The position numbers and the translations under genes are program-made. Positions 7,560 to 15,678 of a stretch of 15,964 nucleotides of DNA are shown one piece after another. Source of the DNA: Candidatus Nanohaloarchaea archaeon (GTDB lineage: Archaea; Nanohalarchaeota; Nanosalinia; Nanosalinales; Nanosalinaceae). The stretch lies in assembly GCA_042218325.1 (NCBI GenBank), contig JBDGRE010000020.1:1-15964 (forward strand). Direction: 5' to 3'. Numbering within the stretch: position 1 is the stretch's first letter; every line of letters begins with the position of its first letter. Under the pieces are notes generated by a model, which was not told the origin of the DNA, did no database searches, and was given only the letters and a program-made list of their open reading frames with translations.

Positions 7560-9688
7560 AGTAGATCACCTCCGGTCGATGGCTGGAATCCTGAAAGAAG
7601 ATTTATCTCGGTTCGCTGGCTTTCCTCCAGTTCAAAGCTTTCGACCTCCTGTCCGCGGCTTTGTATGATACTGGCTCCGACCAAGCCGAACTGCGCCTCC
7701 GCCGGAGCTTCTTCTCCGAAGACAGCCTCGCTGTCTTCTCCGGCTTCTTGTTCCCGGGGCTGCTGTGTGTCGAAGTCCGGTGCTTGGAACGGTGTTCCGC
7801 TGCCTTGGTTCGGTGGCGTGGTGGAGGTCGGTGTGCCTGGTTCCGGGTTTGAGAATACGGATCCGGGGAACGGTGTGTCCTGCCGCGTTCTCCCTCTGTT
7901 TGTTTGGAAGGCGAAGGGCGTTGTGTCTAGGTCGGTGTTGAGGCCTGTGTCCTGTCCCTGCGCTTGGCCCTGGGGTTGTTCTTGTATCTCGCGGTTGAAT
8001 GGTGTCTGGTCCTGCTGGTTTTCGGGTGTTGTTGTCTGTGTGTTCTGCGTTGTACTGGTTTCTTGGGTTTGGCCGACCGCTACCGTGGGTGCGACGGTGG
8101 TGACATCGGACGGAGAGATGGTGTCGGTGCCTCCTCGGTTCCGCGTGGCCGCAGAAAGGTCAGGTCTCTCCGGTCTGCCTCTGCCAGCCGGGTCGGGAAG
8201 GCTGTCTCCAGGCCTCGAGGTATCGCCGAAAAGGTCTCTAAGCGAATCACTCGATACCTCCGGCCTCTTCTCTTGAACAAGAGAACCAGCTCCGCTTCCC
8301 AAAGCATTCGGATCCTCGACAGCGCTCTGTGCATCTGAAAGAAATTGCTCGACCCTGCTGCGCTGCTCCGGCGTTACCTCTACCTCGACGCCGCCGTCGT
8401 CCGTGAATCCTGCTATGTTCAGCGAGCTCGCGCCCTCGCGCTCCGCAAGTATACTGGCTTCCTGCTGCGAAAGCGTCAGGGTGTCGTCGGCCTCGCTTGC
8501 TGGAGCGGTGAAGTCGGAGGAACGGTCCTGGGCTGTCCGTAGCTGTGTCCGGCTTGCGGCCTCCTCCGAGACTTGGAGAAGGTCCTCGCCGCGCTGGTCT
8601 TGGTCTTGGAACTCGACATCTGTTTGTTCCTCCCTAGTATCCGGTCTTCGTGTATCTGGTTGCTGGCGGGTTCTTCTGCGGCTCTGCACCACGGAGTCCG
8701 GCTGGACTACCCCGGGGTTGGAGGCGACATCCGCAGTTTCTCCCGTCTGTTTTCTCCCGAGCTCTTCACCTAGAGTCCTCTGGTTGAAAGGTGTGTCGTC
8801 CAACGTGGCTTCTGTGCCGGAGGCCTCGGACCTGGTTTTGACAGGCCCAGTCTTTGTGGTGACATCTGTTTCGGTTCTTGATGCTCCTCGTGCCAGGGCG
8901 GTGCCGATGGCCGGAGCTGCTGCCGCGCCTGCGCCTGCGAGAGCGAGCTGGGTTCCGACAGCTTTTTGCCTGTTCTCTGCTGCTTCGGCTCTTAGGCTGT
9001 TCGGGTTGGCTCCGGCAGCGATCGCTCCTTGGATGCCGCCGGGCACTTTGCCGCTTCGTGCCTGTCTTGTGCCGCGTATCTGTTCTTCGACGAAGTCCGC
9101 CGGGCCTACTGTGGTGGCGCGTTGGATGTCCTGAGGTATCTGGGTGACGCCGCGGATAGCGGAACGCCCGACTGTCTCGGCTGTTCCAACTCCCTCGGCC
9201 AGTGTGTCGGTTGGTCCGGGGAGTTGTTCGATTCTTTGTTCTGTCCTTGCTGCTTTCTCAGCTGGGCCTCGTTGAAGCTGGTTCTCGCCCTCCAGGTTCT
9301 CCTGAGTCGGGCTGATTGTCGCTGGTTCATCGCTCGCTCTTGCCTCATCGCTTTTTCTGCTTGGGTCGGTGTCTTCGATTACGTTGTCGCTTGTGAACCC
9401 TGCGGTGTCGCTGACTTGAGGGTCGCCCGCCGGGTCGTCCACACCTCTGTCCGCGGAACCCTGCTTGTTGACATCTTTCGCATCTTTCCCAGCTCCTGAA
9501 CCACCGACGTCGACTCCTGTGGCTTTCTGTACTTCGTCCTCTACCTTGTCGACAGTGTCCTCTGCGCCGACAGCCTCCGCTGCATCCTCCGCGGCCTCTT
9601 GAGCTGTGTCAACAGCCTCGTCCGCCGCGTCCTTCGCTGCATCAGCTGCGTCTCCTGCTGCATCTGCAACACTGTCGAGAAAACCCAT
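7556..9688 (-). CDS. Large acidic low-complexity protein, probably virion-associated
   Basis: 710 aa; A/D-rich amphipathic N-terminus, an A/G-rich hydrophobic patch, and a Q/T/P/D-rich disordered remainder; lies within the structural operon. Confidence 0.8.
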   Translation of the reverse strand: MGFLDSVADAAGDAADAAKDAADEAVDTAQEAAEDAAEAVGAEDTVDKVEDEVQKATGVDVGGSGAGKDAKDVNKQGSADRGVDDPAGDPQVSDTAGFTSDNVIEDTDPSRKSDEARASDEPATISPTQENLEGENQLQRGPAEKAARTEQRIEQLPGPTDTLAEGVGTAETVGRSAIRGVTQIPQDIQRATTVGPADFVEEQIRGTRQARSGKVPGGIQGAIAAGANPNSLRAEAAENRQKAVGTQLALAGAGAAAAPAIGTALARGASRTETDVTTKTGPVKTRSEASGTEATLDDTPFNQRTLGEELGRKQTGETADVASNPGVVQPDSVVQSRRRTRQQPDTRRPDTREEQTDVEFQDQDQRGEDLLQVSEEAASRTQLRTAQDRSSDFTAPASEADDTLTLSQQEASILAEREGASSLNIAGFTDDGGVEVEVTPEQRSRVEQFLSDAQSAVEDPNALGSGAGSLVQEKRPEVSSDSLRDLFGDTSRPGDSLPDPAGRGRPERPDLSAATRNRGGTDTISPSDVTTVAPTVAVGQTQETSTTQNTQTTTPENQQDQTPFNREIQEQPQGQAQGQDTGLNTDLDTTPFAFQTNRGRTRQDTPFPGSVFSNPEPGTPTSTTPPNQGSGTPFQAPDFDTQQPREQEAGEDSEAVFGEEAPAEAQFGLVGASIIQSRGQEVESFELEESQRTEINLLSGFQPSTGGDLL

Positions 9689-9690
9689 GT

Positions 9691-10293
9691 CTAAAATCTC
9701 ACATCCAGTTCAACACCGAGCTTGTTCCCGGTGGTTTCGTCCTCGAACTCGAAGGCCTCGCTCTCGGTTCCCTCGACATTCAACGAACTCCCGCCTAGGT
9801 CGACACCGAGGTCTGCGCCGCCGGAGTCAACGCCCTGGGCGTCGCCGCCGAATATGTCATCCGTCCGCAGGCCGAGGTCGTTTGGCTCGCCGAACGCACG
9901 CCTGAAGCTGTCCTGCACGCTGTCAGTGCTCTCGGCGATGCTGAGGAAGCTGCTGCCAAGACCGGATGCAGCTGTCTCGTTGCTGCGCAACGCCTGTTCA
10001 TCCTCCTGCTGCATTTTTCTTCGCTGCTTCTCCCTCTCTTTCAGCTCTTTGGCCTTTTCTTTCGCTTTCTTAACAGTTGACATGTCTCCGCGGGACGCAG
10101 CCTGTTTTGCCTTCTGCTTCAAGGCGTTCAGCTTGGCGCGGATACCTGTCGAAGAATCCTCGACCTGGTCGTCCAGGCTGTCACCAAAGTTCCGTGCATC
10201 CGCCACGGACACTCTTTCATCGTCGGAATCATCTCGCGGCGTTGTATCGGCCAGAGGCACACGACTGTCGCCTATTTGTCTTTCTCGGGCCAT
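9691..10293 (-). CDS. Hypothetical protein with central charged coiled coil
   Basis: 200 aa; K/E-rich helix followed by a D/G-rich tail; ends 2 nt before the next start; GGAG upstream. Confidence 0.7.
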   Translation of the reverse strand: MARERQIGDSRVPLADTTPRDDSDDERVSVADARNFGDSLDDQVEDSSTGIRAKLNALKQKAKQAASRGDMSTVKKAKEKAKELKEREKQRRKMQQEDEQALRSNETAASGLGSSFLSIAESTDSVQDSFRRAFGEPNDLGLRTDDIFGGDAQGVDSGGADLGVDLGGSSLNVEGTESEAFEFEDETTGNKLGVELDVRF

Positions 10294-10397
10294 CAGTATA
10301 TCTCCATCGTGCCGTTGTCGTCTCCAACAAGCGACTCATACTTTGTATCGAGGGTTTTACCGAAGTTGAACTCCTTGTCCTCTACCATCTTGGTCAT
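10293..10397 (-). CDS. Small 34 aa peptide, probable first gene of the minus-strand operon
   Basis: ATG 10397 lies ~25-30 nt downstream of TATGTATA (leaderless geometry); TGATG overlap with the next gene. Confidence 0.45.
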   Translation of the reverse strand: MTKMVEDKEFNFGKTLDTKYESLVGDDNGTMEIY

Positions 10398-10419
10398 ACG
10401 CACAGGTGCGAACTCAAGG

Positions 10420-10462
10420 GTGTATACATATCCGTTTCCGCTCCGGAAACGCCTGTTTAAGT
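10420..10462. promoter_or_regulatory. Bidirectional promoter for the two structural operons
   Basis: IR CGTTTCCG-ctc-CGGAAACG (10433-10451), followed by TTTAAG (10456-10461) on plus and TATGTATA on minus. Confidence 0.6.
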
Positions 10463-10507
10463 GACGCCAACTTATCCTTAACGACCGGAGGTGCACAGAC
10501 TCGAAAA

Positions 10508-10702
10508 ATGGGACTGATACAAGACAGCATGGGAACGATGATCGCAGCCGTACTGATCGGCGGCGTCGGAATCCCGGTCGTCCAGGAGGTAATCAACACA
10601 GCCAACCTCACTGGCATTTCCGCGACCGTAGTCGGATTCGTACCAGTAGGACTAGCAGCTTCGCTCCTACTCGCATCGTTCTCCAGCTTCCTCAACAGGT
10701 AA
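10508..10702 (+). CDS. Major capsid protein, spindle-shaped virus type (His1 VP21/fusellovirus VP1-like)
   Basis: 64 aa; two hydrophobic helices joined by a short turn carrying an N-L-T sequon (IPVVQEVINTANLTGISATVVGFVPV); first gene after a clear TATA and GGAGGTG; followed by a hairpin. Confidence 0.8.
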   Translation: MGLIQDSMGTMIAAVLIGGVGIPVVQEVINTANLTGISATVVGFVPVGLAASLLLASFSSFLNR

Positions 10703-10721
10703 AATCCTGTGAGGAAAGCAG

Positions 10722-10783
10722 AGATGCAGCGGCGGCCACCAGCAAAAAAACACTTAGCTGGTCCGGCACGCCGCCCTCCATCT
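10722..10783 (+). other. Imperfect long stem-loop downstream of the MCP gene
   Basis: Nested pairs AGATG/CATCT, GCGGCG/CGCCGC, GCC/GGC and ACCAGC/GCTGGT around an A-rich loop. Confidence 0.5.
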
Positions 10784-10796
10784 TAAATTCTATACT

Positions 10797-11162
10797 ATGC
10801 AGCTCATCTTCCTGCTCGCACTTCTCGCCGTCTCCCTAGGCCTCGCGTTCACAGCCGCAGCAGCCAAGGACTCCAACCTGCTGATAGGCTCCGCCACATT
10901 CATGCTCGTGGCCGCGGCCTTCACACTGGTAGGAAGCGTGGAAGTACAAAACGGATTCACACAAACCGAAAACCCAGGACCAAACAACTCAACAGAGATC
11001 GACCGCTCCCCGAAATTCACGACGCTGAGCGAAAGCACCGGCAGCCCTCAGGCAAACGAGTTCGTTGGAGTCGGCCTGATCGGCGTCTCGCTGTACCTGT
11101 TCTTCCAGGGCGTTGTACCTAGCGGGAGAGACGAAGATCTCGTGGCGAGGCTGACGCAGTGA
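10797..11162 (+). CDS. Membrane protein with about three TM segments
   Basis: Hydrophobic segments flank a polar loop with an N-x-S/T sequon; GTGA coupling downstream. Confidence 0.75.
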   Translation: MQLIFLLALLAVSLGLAFTAAAAKDSNLLIGSATFMLVAAAFTLVGSVEVQNGFTQTENPGPNNSTEIDRSPKFTTLSESTGSPQANEFVGVGLIGVSLYLFFQGVVPSGRDEDLVARLTQ

Positions 11163-11617
11163 CCCGAAAACAGCAGTTCATCCAGGAGGAATCCAAGCCT
11201 CAGACCGAGATGCAGGTCAGGAAGAAGGCCTTGTTCGGCTCTTCGGACCACGAGGACACGCCCATCAACGAGGTCGTGCCTTCAGGACACCTCGACAGCG
11301 AGGAGCTCGAGGTCCTGCACATGTACCACGACCTGTACGGAACCTTCCAGTTCCTGCGCGACAAGTTCGGGTTACCGGAAACACAGCTCGAGTCCAAGCT
11401 CCTGGAGCGAATCGCGGTTGTACCGCACTTCTCCAAGGCCGAGAAAGGTTTCGCGTCCGAGATGCTTATCACAAGCAAGTCGCAGCAGTTCCAGGCCATG
11501 AAGCAAAAGCGGGAGCTCGACAGCGGACCAGGTCTCGGAGAAAAAATCAGTCAGGCGATTGACAGCCGGAGCGAAAACACTGGGAAGGAGATCGGGAGCC
11601 CTGATCCTGAATGGTAG
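11159..11617 (+). CDS. Hypothetical protein
   Basis: 152 aa, coupled ORF with typical codon usage. Confidence 0.7.
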   Translation: MTRKQQFIQEESKPQTEMQVRKKALFGSSDHEDTPINEVVPSGHLDSEELEVLHMYHDLYGTFQFLRDKFGLPETQLESKLLERIAVVPHFSKAEKGFASEMLITSKSQQFQAMKQKRELDSGPGLGEKISQAIDSRSENTGKEIGSPDPEW

Positions 11618-11919
11618 AAATCTTCGGAAGGCAGGTGATGGACAGCGACGGCGAGTACCACGAGGTTGAGAGCCGTGAGGACATTAAGGACGAGCTCGAT
11701 GAGAACACGGAGACAATCTCGGAGGACGACCGCCGGTACCTGGCGCGTTTCATCGAGAACCAGGTCTCCCTGGCGAAAAGTGTTGGGCGGAAGGAGGCTG
11801 AGATGCGCGGCGAGTCCAAGATGAAGCAGATGTTCATCGCCAGCGCAGCCGCCGCAGTGTTCTCGATGGGTGCTGCCGCCGCAACCGTGATGCGTGCCTA
11901 CGGAATGATAGGCGGATGA
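11611..11919 (+). CDS. Acidic protein with C-terminal membrane anchor
   Basis: D/E-rich N-terminus and Ala-rich hydrophobic C-terminus; GGAG upstream. Confidence 0.7.
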   Translation: MVEIFGRQVMDSDGEYHEVESREDIKDELDENTETISEDDRRYLARFIENQVSLAKSVGRKEAEMRGESKMKQMFIASAAAAVFSMGAAAATVMRAYGMIGG

Positions 11920-12092
11920 GCCGCAGACGCAAAGCCGAGATAGTCATTAAGAAGAGTGGTGGCCCGCAGTGGGAGATGAAAGAGTTCGAGCTGCGGGACG
12001 ACCTCACTGAGGCACTCGCCGACGTGGTCCAGAAGTACGGCCGCCTCGAAGAAGTTGTAGAGGAGGTGAGGAGCCGTGAGCGAGACGGATGA
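11916..12092 (+). CDS. Small hypothetical protein (58 aa, absent from the ORF track)
   Basis: Manual translation MSRRRKAEIVIKKSGGPQWEMKEFELRDDLTEALADVVQKYGRLEEVVEEVRSRERDG; ATGA overlap; fills the operon gap. Confidence 0.65.
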   Translation: MSRRRKAEIVIKKSGGPQWEMKEFELRDDLTEALADVVQKYGRLEEVVEEVRSRERDG

Positions 12093-12477
12093 GACGCGGA
12101 TCCCTGAGTGGCATCTAGGGAAGGCACGTACCGAGCAGATCGGCGAGGTACTCGGTCAGACGAACCAGGAGCTCCGGACTGTGTACCGGGACAGGAGCCT
12201 GGACGATGTGGAGGAGTGGTTTGCCTCGCTCCGGGCCTTGTGGCGGAGCTTCAAGTATTTCGTGCCAGAGGAGGACCGCCGCGAGACCGAGCAGATGATC
12301 GACAGGTTCTACGAAAAGCTGAACCGAGACAAGGCTGCGATGGAAAAAATATCACGCCGCGAAATCGGAGAGCTCCACGACCAGGTGCAGCGACTCTTGG
12401 TTGAGGAGTCAGGCCTCGGAATCCCAACGAAAGCAGCCGACGAAGATGAGTACGGGCCGGAGGACCTGTACCTGTGA
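12076..12477 (+). CDS. Helical hypothetical protein coupled to the ATPase gene
   Basis: GGAGGTGA Shine-Dalgarno before the GTG start; GTGA overlap with the ATPase gene. Confidence 0.75.
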   Translation: MSETDETRIPEWHLGKARTEQIGEVLGQTNQELRTVYRDRSLDDVEEWFASLRALWRSFKYFVPEEDRRETEQMIDRFYEKLNRDKAAMEKISRREIGELHDQVQRLLVEESGLGIPTKAADEDEYGPEDLYL

Positions 12478-13325
12478 CGGAGTACCTCCAAAACAGTATC
12501 AGGAAGGCGTTGGACAGTACGAAAGAGCGTGTGAAGTCACGGGACAAGGACGCCGTCTTTCTCGTGACCGGGGGGGAGGGCAACGGGAAGTCATCTCTGT
12601 CAATCCTTATGGCGAACTACCTCGACCCTGACTTCGACGCCGGCGAACAGATTGTTATGGACCACGAAGACCTGATTCGGACAGCGGACGAGCTCTCCAG
12701 CTACCAGAGCATCGTGTTCGATGAGGGAATCGAAAGCCTGTTGAGCAGGAACCACGGCAAGAGCCGGAACAAGATGATGATAGAATGGTTCCGCGAGGTC
12801 CGAGCCAAGAACCTGTTCATCTTCGTGAACATGCCGGAGTTCAAGGAGGTTGAGAAACCGATTAGGGACGACCGCGCTCACATGCTTGTGAGATGCGTGA
12901 AGCAGGGATGGGCGCACTTTTACAACGAGGACAGGATGCAGGAGATAGTTGTCGAAAGACGCGGCAACCGCGTCCGGGCGGAGTATTCCGACCCGATATT
13001 CAAGGCAGGTTGGAAGGATCCGTCCGACCTCGACTTGTGGCCTGCGTACCAGGAGATGAAGAAGGAGAACGTCTCCAACCTAGCTGGCAAGTATCTTGAC
13101 GGCAATGAGGACGACAAGGGCCGATATGAGAAGAAGCTGCGCAGGCTTCGCATGAGGGTGGCGAAGACAGGTGTCAAAACTGGAATGAGCCAATCTGATG
13201 CGATGAGAGATTTGCTCGACATGGATCCATCAACATACACAAGGTGGAAGAAGAAAGGCGAGCTCGGCAACATACCTCCGTTCAAGCCCTTGATTGATGA
13301 TGGAGATGATTCTACACACGCGTGA
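12474..13325 (+). CDS. P-loop ATPase (putative morphogenesis/packaging ATPase) with C-terminal HTH
   Basis: Walker A GGEGNGKS; Walker B IVFDE; C-terminal SQSDAMRDLLDMDPSTYTRW HTH-like motif. Confidence 0.85.
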   Translation: MTEYLQNSIRKALDSTKERVKSRDKDAVFLVTGGEGNGKSSLSILMANYLDPDFDAGEQIVMDHEDLIRTADELSSYQSIVFDEGIESLLSRNHGKSRNKMMIEWFREVRAKNLFIFVNMPEFKEVEKPIRDDRAHMLVRCVKQGWAHFYNEDRMQEIVVERRGNRVRAEYSDPIFKAGWKDPSDLDLWPAYQEMKKENVSNLAGKYLDGNEDDKGRYEKKLRRLRMRVAKTGVKTGMSQSDAMRDLLDMDPSTYTRWKKKGELGNIPPFKPLIDDGDDSTHA

Positions 13326-13348
13326 CGGCCACGCGGGCGCGCACGCGG

Positions 13349-13561
13349 CTATCTTCTCAGTTTCCTCTTTATCCGGTACTTGTAACGCCTGACAAACCGT
13401 TTTACGGGTTTGATGACGGGACGGAACAGCTTCAGCACCATTCCGAAGGTCTCTGAGATGTACTTCGCCATGCCGCCTACCGCGCGGACGAACTTTGACA
13501 GCACAAACAGCACCAGGATAGTGAACAACGCCATGAAACCAAGCGTCACCCAGTCCACCAT
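13349..13561 (-). CDS. Small membrane protein with highly basic C-terminus
   Basis: Likely start at ATG 13561 (70 aa); N-terminal TM helix, an amphipathic helix, then a K/R-rich tail. Confidence 0.65.
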   Translation of the reverse strand: MVDWVTLGFMALFTILVLFVLSKFVRAVGGMAKYISETFGMVLKLFRPVIKPVKRFVRRYKYRIKRKLRR

Positions 13562-13586
13562 AACATAACAGTCACGGAACCGACTC

Positions 13587-13615
13587 AAAAAAAGAGGTGT
13601 TCGCGCTACGCGAAC
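13587..13615 (-). terminator. Possible terminator after the AbrB-like gene
   Basis: GTTCGCG-3nt-CGCGAAC hairpin (13599-13615) followed by T7 on the minus strand. The T-run could instead serve as the TATA element of the next gene. Confidence 0.4.
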
Positions 13616-13691
13616 CTGAATACATACAGCCTGGAGTCCGCATCTACGTCGACCGCGACACACTCGAAGTCGAGGACTACCCCGTCCTGAG

Positions 13692-13844
13692 CTAGTCGAC
13701 CTCGATGATGACCTTGGAATTGTCGCGGCTGTGCCGCTTCCAGTAAATTTTGTCTCCTGGCTCCAGGTCGTGTTCGTCCCTGAATGATTTGGGAAGTGTG
13801 ACCTCGCCTCGCTGCTGAACCGTGCGGTATCCACTTGATGGCAT
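13692..13844 (-). CDS. AbrB/MazE/SpoVT-family DNA-binding protein (50 aa, absent from the ORF track)
   Basis: Manual translation MPSSGYRTVQQRGEVTLPKSFRDEHDLEPGDKIYWKRHSRDNSKVIIEVD matches the V..RG.VTLPK..R....L.PGD AbrB signature. Confidence 0.85.
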   Translation of the reverse strand: MPSSGYRTVQQRGEVTLPKSFRDEHDLEPGDKIYWKRHSRDNSKVIIEVD

Positions 13845-13958
13845 TTCACTTCAAAATTATTTCGTGAAATAGAAAAAGGAAACGGCTCTCAAAACAAGGA
13901 AAACCTCTACGGGATTGTACATTTTGGGAAAGTCCGGGGGTCGGGACTCCCTCAAACG

Positions 13959-13987
13959 TTAAATCCCTTAGACACCTAAGTTTAGGT
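13959..13987 (+). promoter_or_regulatory. Integrase promoter with operator-like palindrome
   Basis: TTAAAT at 13959-13964, ~28 nt before the GTG (leaderless); ACCTAA-gt-TTAGGT at 13974-13987. Confidence 0.5.
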
Positions 13988-13991
13988 AGAC

Positions 13992-15197
13992 GTGGCAGAC
14001 GTACACAACCGCACACAGATCAACAAGAGAATGTCCGCAAAACTGGAGGAAAGCAGCCTCTCCCAAGAAAACACGGAATCCGTCCAAGCCTTCGTTGACA
14101 AGCTCAAAGCCAGCGGCATCGGAAAAGACAGGATAAGAAACTACCTCTGGAGCTTCGAATACCTCGCCGACCACATAGACTTCGCCCTCGAAGACGCAAC
14201 ACAAGACGAACTCATCAAACTAGCCGGAGTCATCAACGGCGACCTCAGAGAAGACCTGTCAGAATACAGCATCGCCGAACTCAAGAAAACACTGTCAAAA
14301 TACTACGGCTGGCACCTGGACCGCCGCAGCGACATAGACTTCCTCGGCACCACAGTTGACCAGACACGGATGGAAGGCCTCAAACCCGAAGAAGTCCTCA
14401 GACCGAGCGAAGTCAAAAGCATCGTCCGCAGCGCATCCAACCCCCGAGACAAAGCACTCATCATGACACTCTGGGCCAGCGGCGGACGCATCGAAGCCAC
14501 GTTGAACACGCGTTGGAAGGACCTCGAGCTCGACGGCCTAGGCAGCCAGCTCCGGTTCACAAGCAACAAAACACAGCCCCGCCGCGTACCAGTCGCGGAA
14601 GCCGCACCCTACCTGAAAGCATACGCAGAGGTTACAGACGCAGATCCCGATGACTACATCTTCACCAAGGGCGAGGGCTGGCAGAAGGACGAAGGCACAA
14701 CCCAGGAACAGATGAACTACGGCACAGCCTACAGCGCCATAGACCGCGCCGTCCAAAACACCGACATACCCGAAACAAGGCAGACAAGCCCGCACGGATA
14801 CCGGAAGAGCAGAGCCACCTTCCTCGCCAGCCAAGGCATGAACGCACCACAACTAATGGAGTTCTTCGGCTGGAGCCAAATGGAAACAGCGAAGAAGTAC
14901 GTCGGCCTAGCACAGAACCAGCTCGAAAGTGCGTTCAACGAAGCCATCGGCCTCCAAGACCAAGACCAGACCGGCCTGGACATGGACGAAGAAGAGCTCC
15001 GGCCCCGGCGTTGCCACGTCTGCGGCAGCATCGTCAGCCCCGCACAAAAAAGCTGCTACAACTGCAGCACAACCATCACAGCCGACGACCTGCTCTCAGC
15101 CTTGGAACCAGAAAAAGAACAAGCCGTGAGCCCCGACAGCGCTTTGGACATGCTGAAAAACATGGACGCAGACGAGCTTAAACAATTTTTAGACTAG
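13992..15197 (+). CDS. int: Tyrosine recombinase/integrase with C-terminal Zn ribbon
   Basis: Catalytic residues R (SGGRIEA), K (SNKT), HxxR (PHGYR), FGW and Y (AKKY); C-terminal CHVC...CYNC. Confidence 0.93.
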   Translation: MADVHNRTQINKRMSAKLEESSLSQENTESVQAFVDKLKASGIGKDRIRNYLWSFEYLADHIDFALEDATQDELIKLAGVINGDLREDLSEYSIAELKKTLSKYYGWHLDRRSDIDFLGTTVDQTRMEGLKPEEVLRPSEVKSIVRSASNPRDKALIMTLWASGGRIEATLNTRWKDLELDGLGSQLRFTSNKTQPRRVPVAEAAPYLKAYAEVTDADPDDYIFTKGEGWQKDEGTTQEQMNYGTAYSAIDRAVQNTDIPETRQTSPHGYRKSRATFLASQGMNAPQLMEFFGWSQMETAKKYVGLAQNQLESAFNEAIGLQDQDQTGLDMDEEELRPRRCHVCGSIVSPAQKSCYNCSTTITADDLLSALEPEKEQAVSPDSALDMLKNMDADELKQFLD

Positions 15198-15264
15198 TTC
15201 ACAGTACTTCAGACACTTCAGACACCCGAGAACCAGTTTAACAACGAATGCTGAGCAGTACAAA

Positions 15265-15375
15265 ATGGTGGTGGAGCGACTTCACACGACGCAGACCGAG
15301 ATGATGCTGAAAGCGCTTGAAAACTGCAGCAAACAGAGCCGTGAAGAATTCCTAGAAGAATACAATAAGCTATAA
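15265..15375 (+). CDS. Possible 36 aa peptide
   Basis: MVVERLHTTQTEMMLKALENCSKQSREEFLEEYNKL; TTTAAC ~25 nt upstream; stop overlaps the convergent RHH gene stop. Confidence 0.35.
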   Translation: MVVERLHTTQTEMMLKALENCSKQSREEFLEEYNKL

Positions 15376-15570
15376 TTTTTCGTCCAAATTCAAAGCCTCA
15401 GCCATTTCTTTCGAGCTCAAATTCTGGTTGTCATCAATCATTCGTCGAACTGAATAAGTAATAAACTCTTTTGGTGATTCAAAACCGTACTCAGGATGTT
15501 CTTCTATGAACTCCTCAATAGCTTTTCTCAATTCTTGTGAGAGCGAAGGGCGATAGTATTTCTTATCCAC
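15370..15570 (-). CDS. Ribbon-helix-helix (CopG-like) regulator, putative repressor
   Basis: Pattern SLSQELRKAIEEFI....GFESPKEFITYSVRR; TTTAA ~25 nt upstream on minus. Confidence 0.8.
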   Translation of the reverse strand: MDKKYYRPSLSQELRKAIEEFIEEHPEYGFESPKEFITYSVRRMIDDNQNLSSKEMAEALNLDEKL

Positions 15571-15589
15571 GGGAATCTTGGGTTGAGGT

Positions 15590-15678
15590 TGTGTTAAAGT
15601 ATTGCTGAGTCAAGACTTAGAACAGGTCTGGTTCAAGAATAGACAACCTATATAAATGCTGTACTACATTAGTACGTT
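15590..15678. promoter_or_regulatory. Divergent promoter/operator region (putative genetic switch)
   Basis: TATATAAA at 15649-15656 (plus); TTTAA at 15598-15594 (minus); palindrome GTACTA-cat-TAGTAC at 15661-15675. Confidence 0.65.

Noticed and set aside
3597-9905. Numerous plus-strand ORFs, including Cys-rich 3597-4208
   Set aside because: Antisense shadows of the coupled minus-strand operon; the Cys/Ser/Val richness follows from the G/T-rich strand
13349-13849. 166 aa ORF as given in the track
   Set aside because: Its N-terminal part overlaps the AbrB gene in another frame; only the last 70 codons look coding
15206-15223. Tandem ACTTCAGAC x2 after int as a CRISPR or integrase arm site
   Set aside because: Only two 9 bp copies with no spacers; too little to support a function
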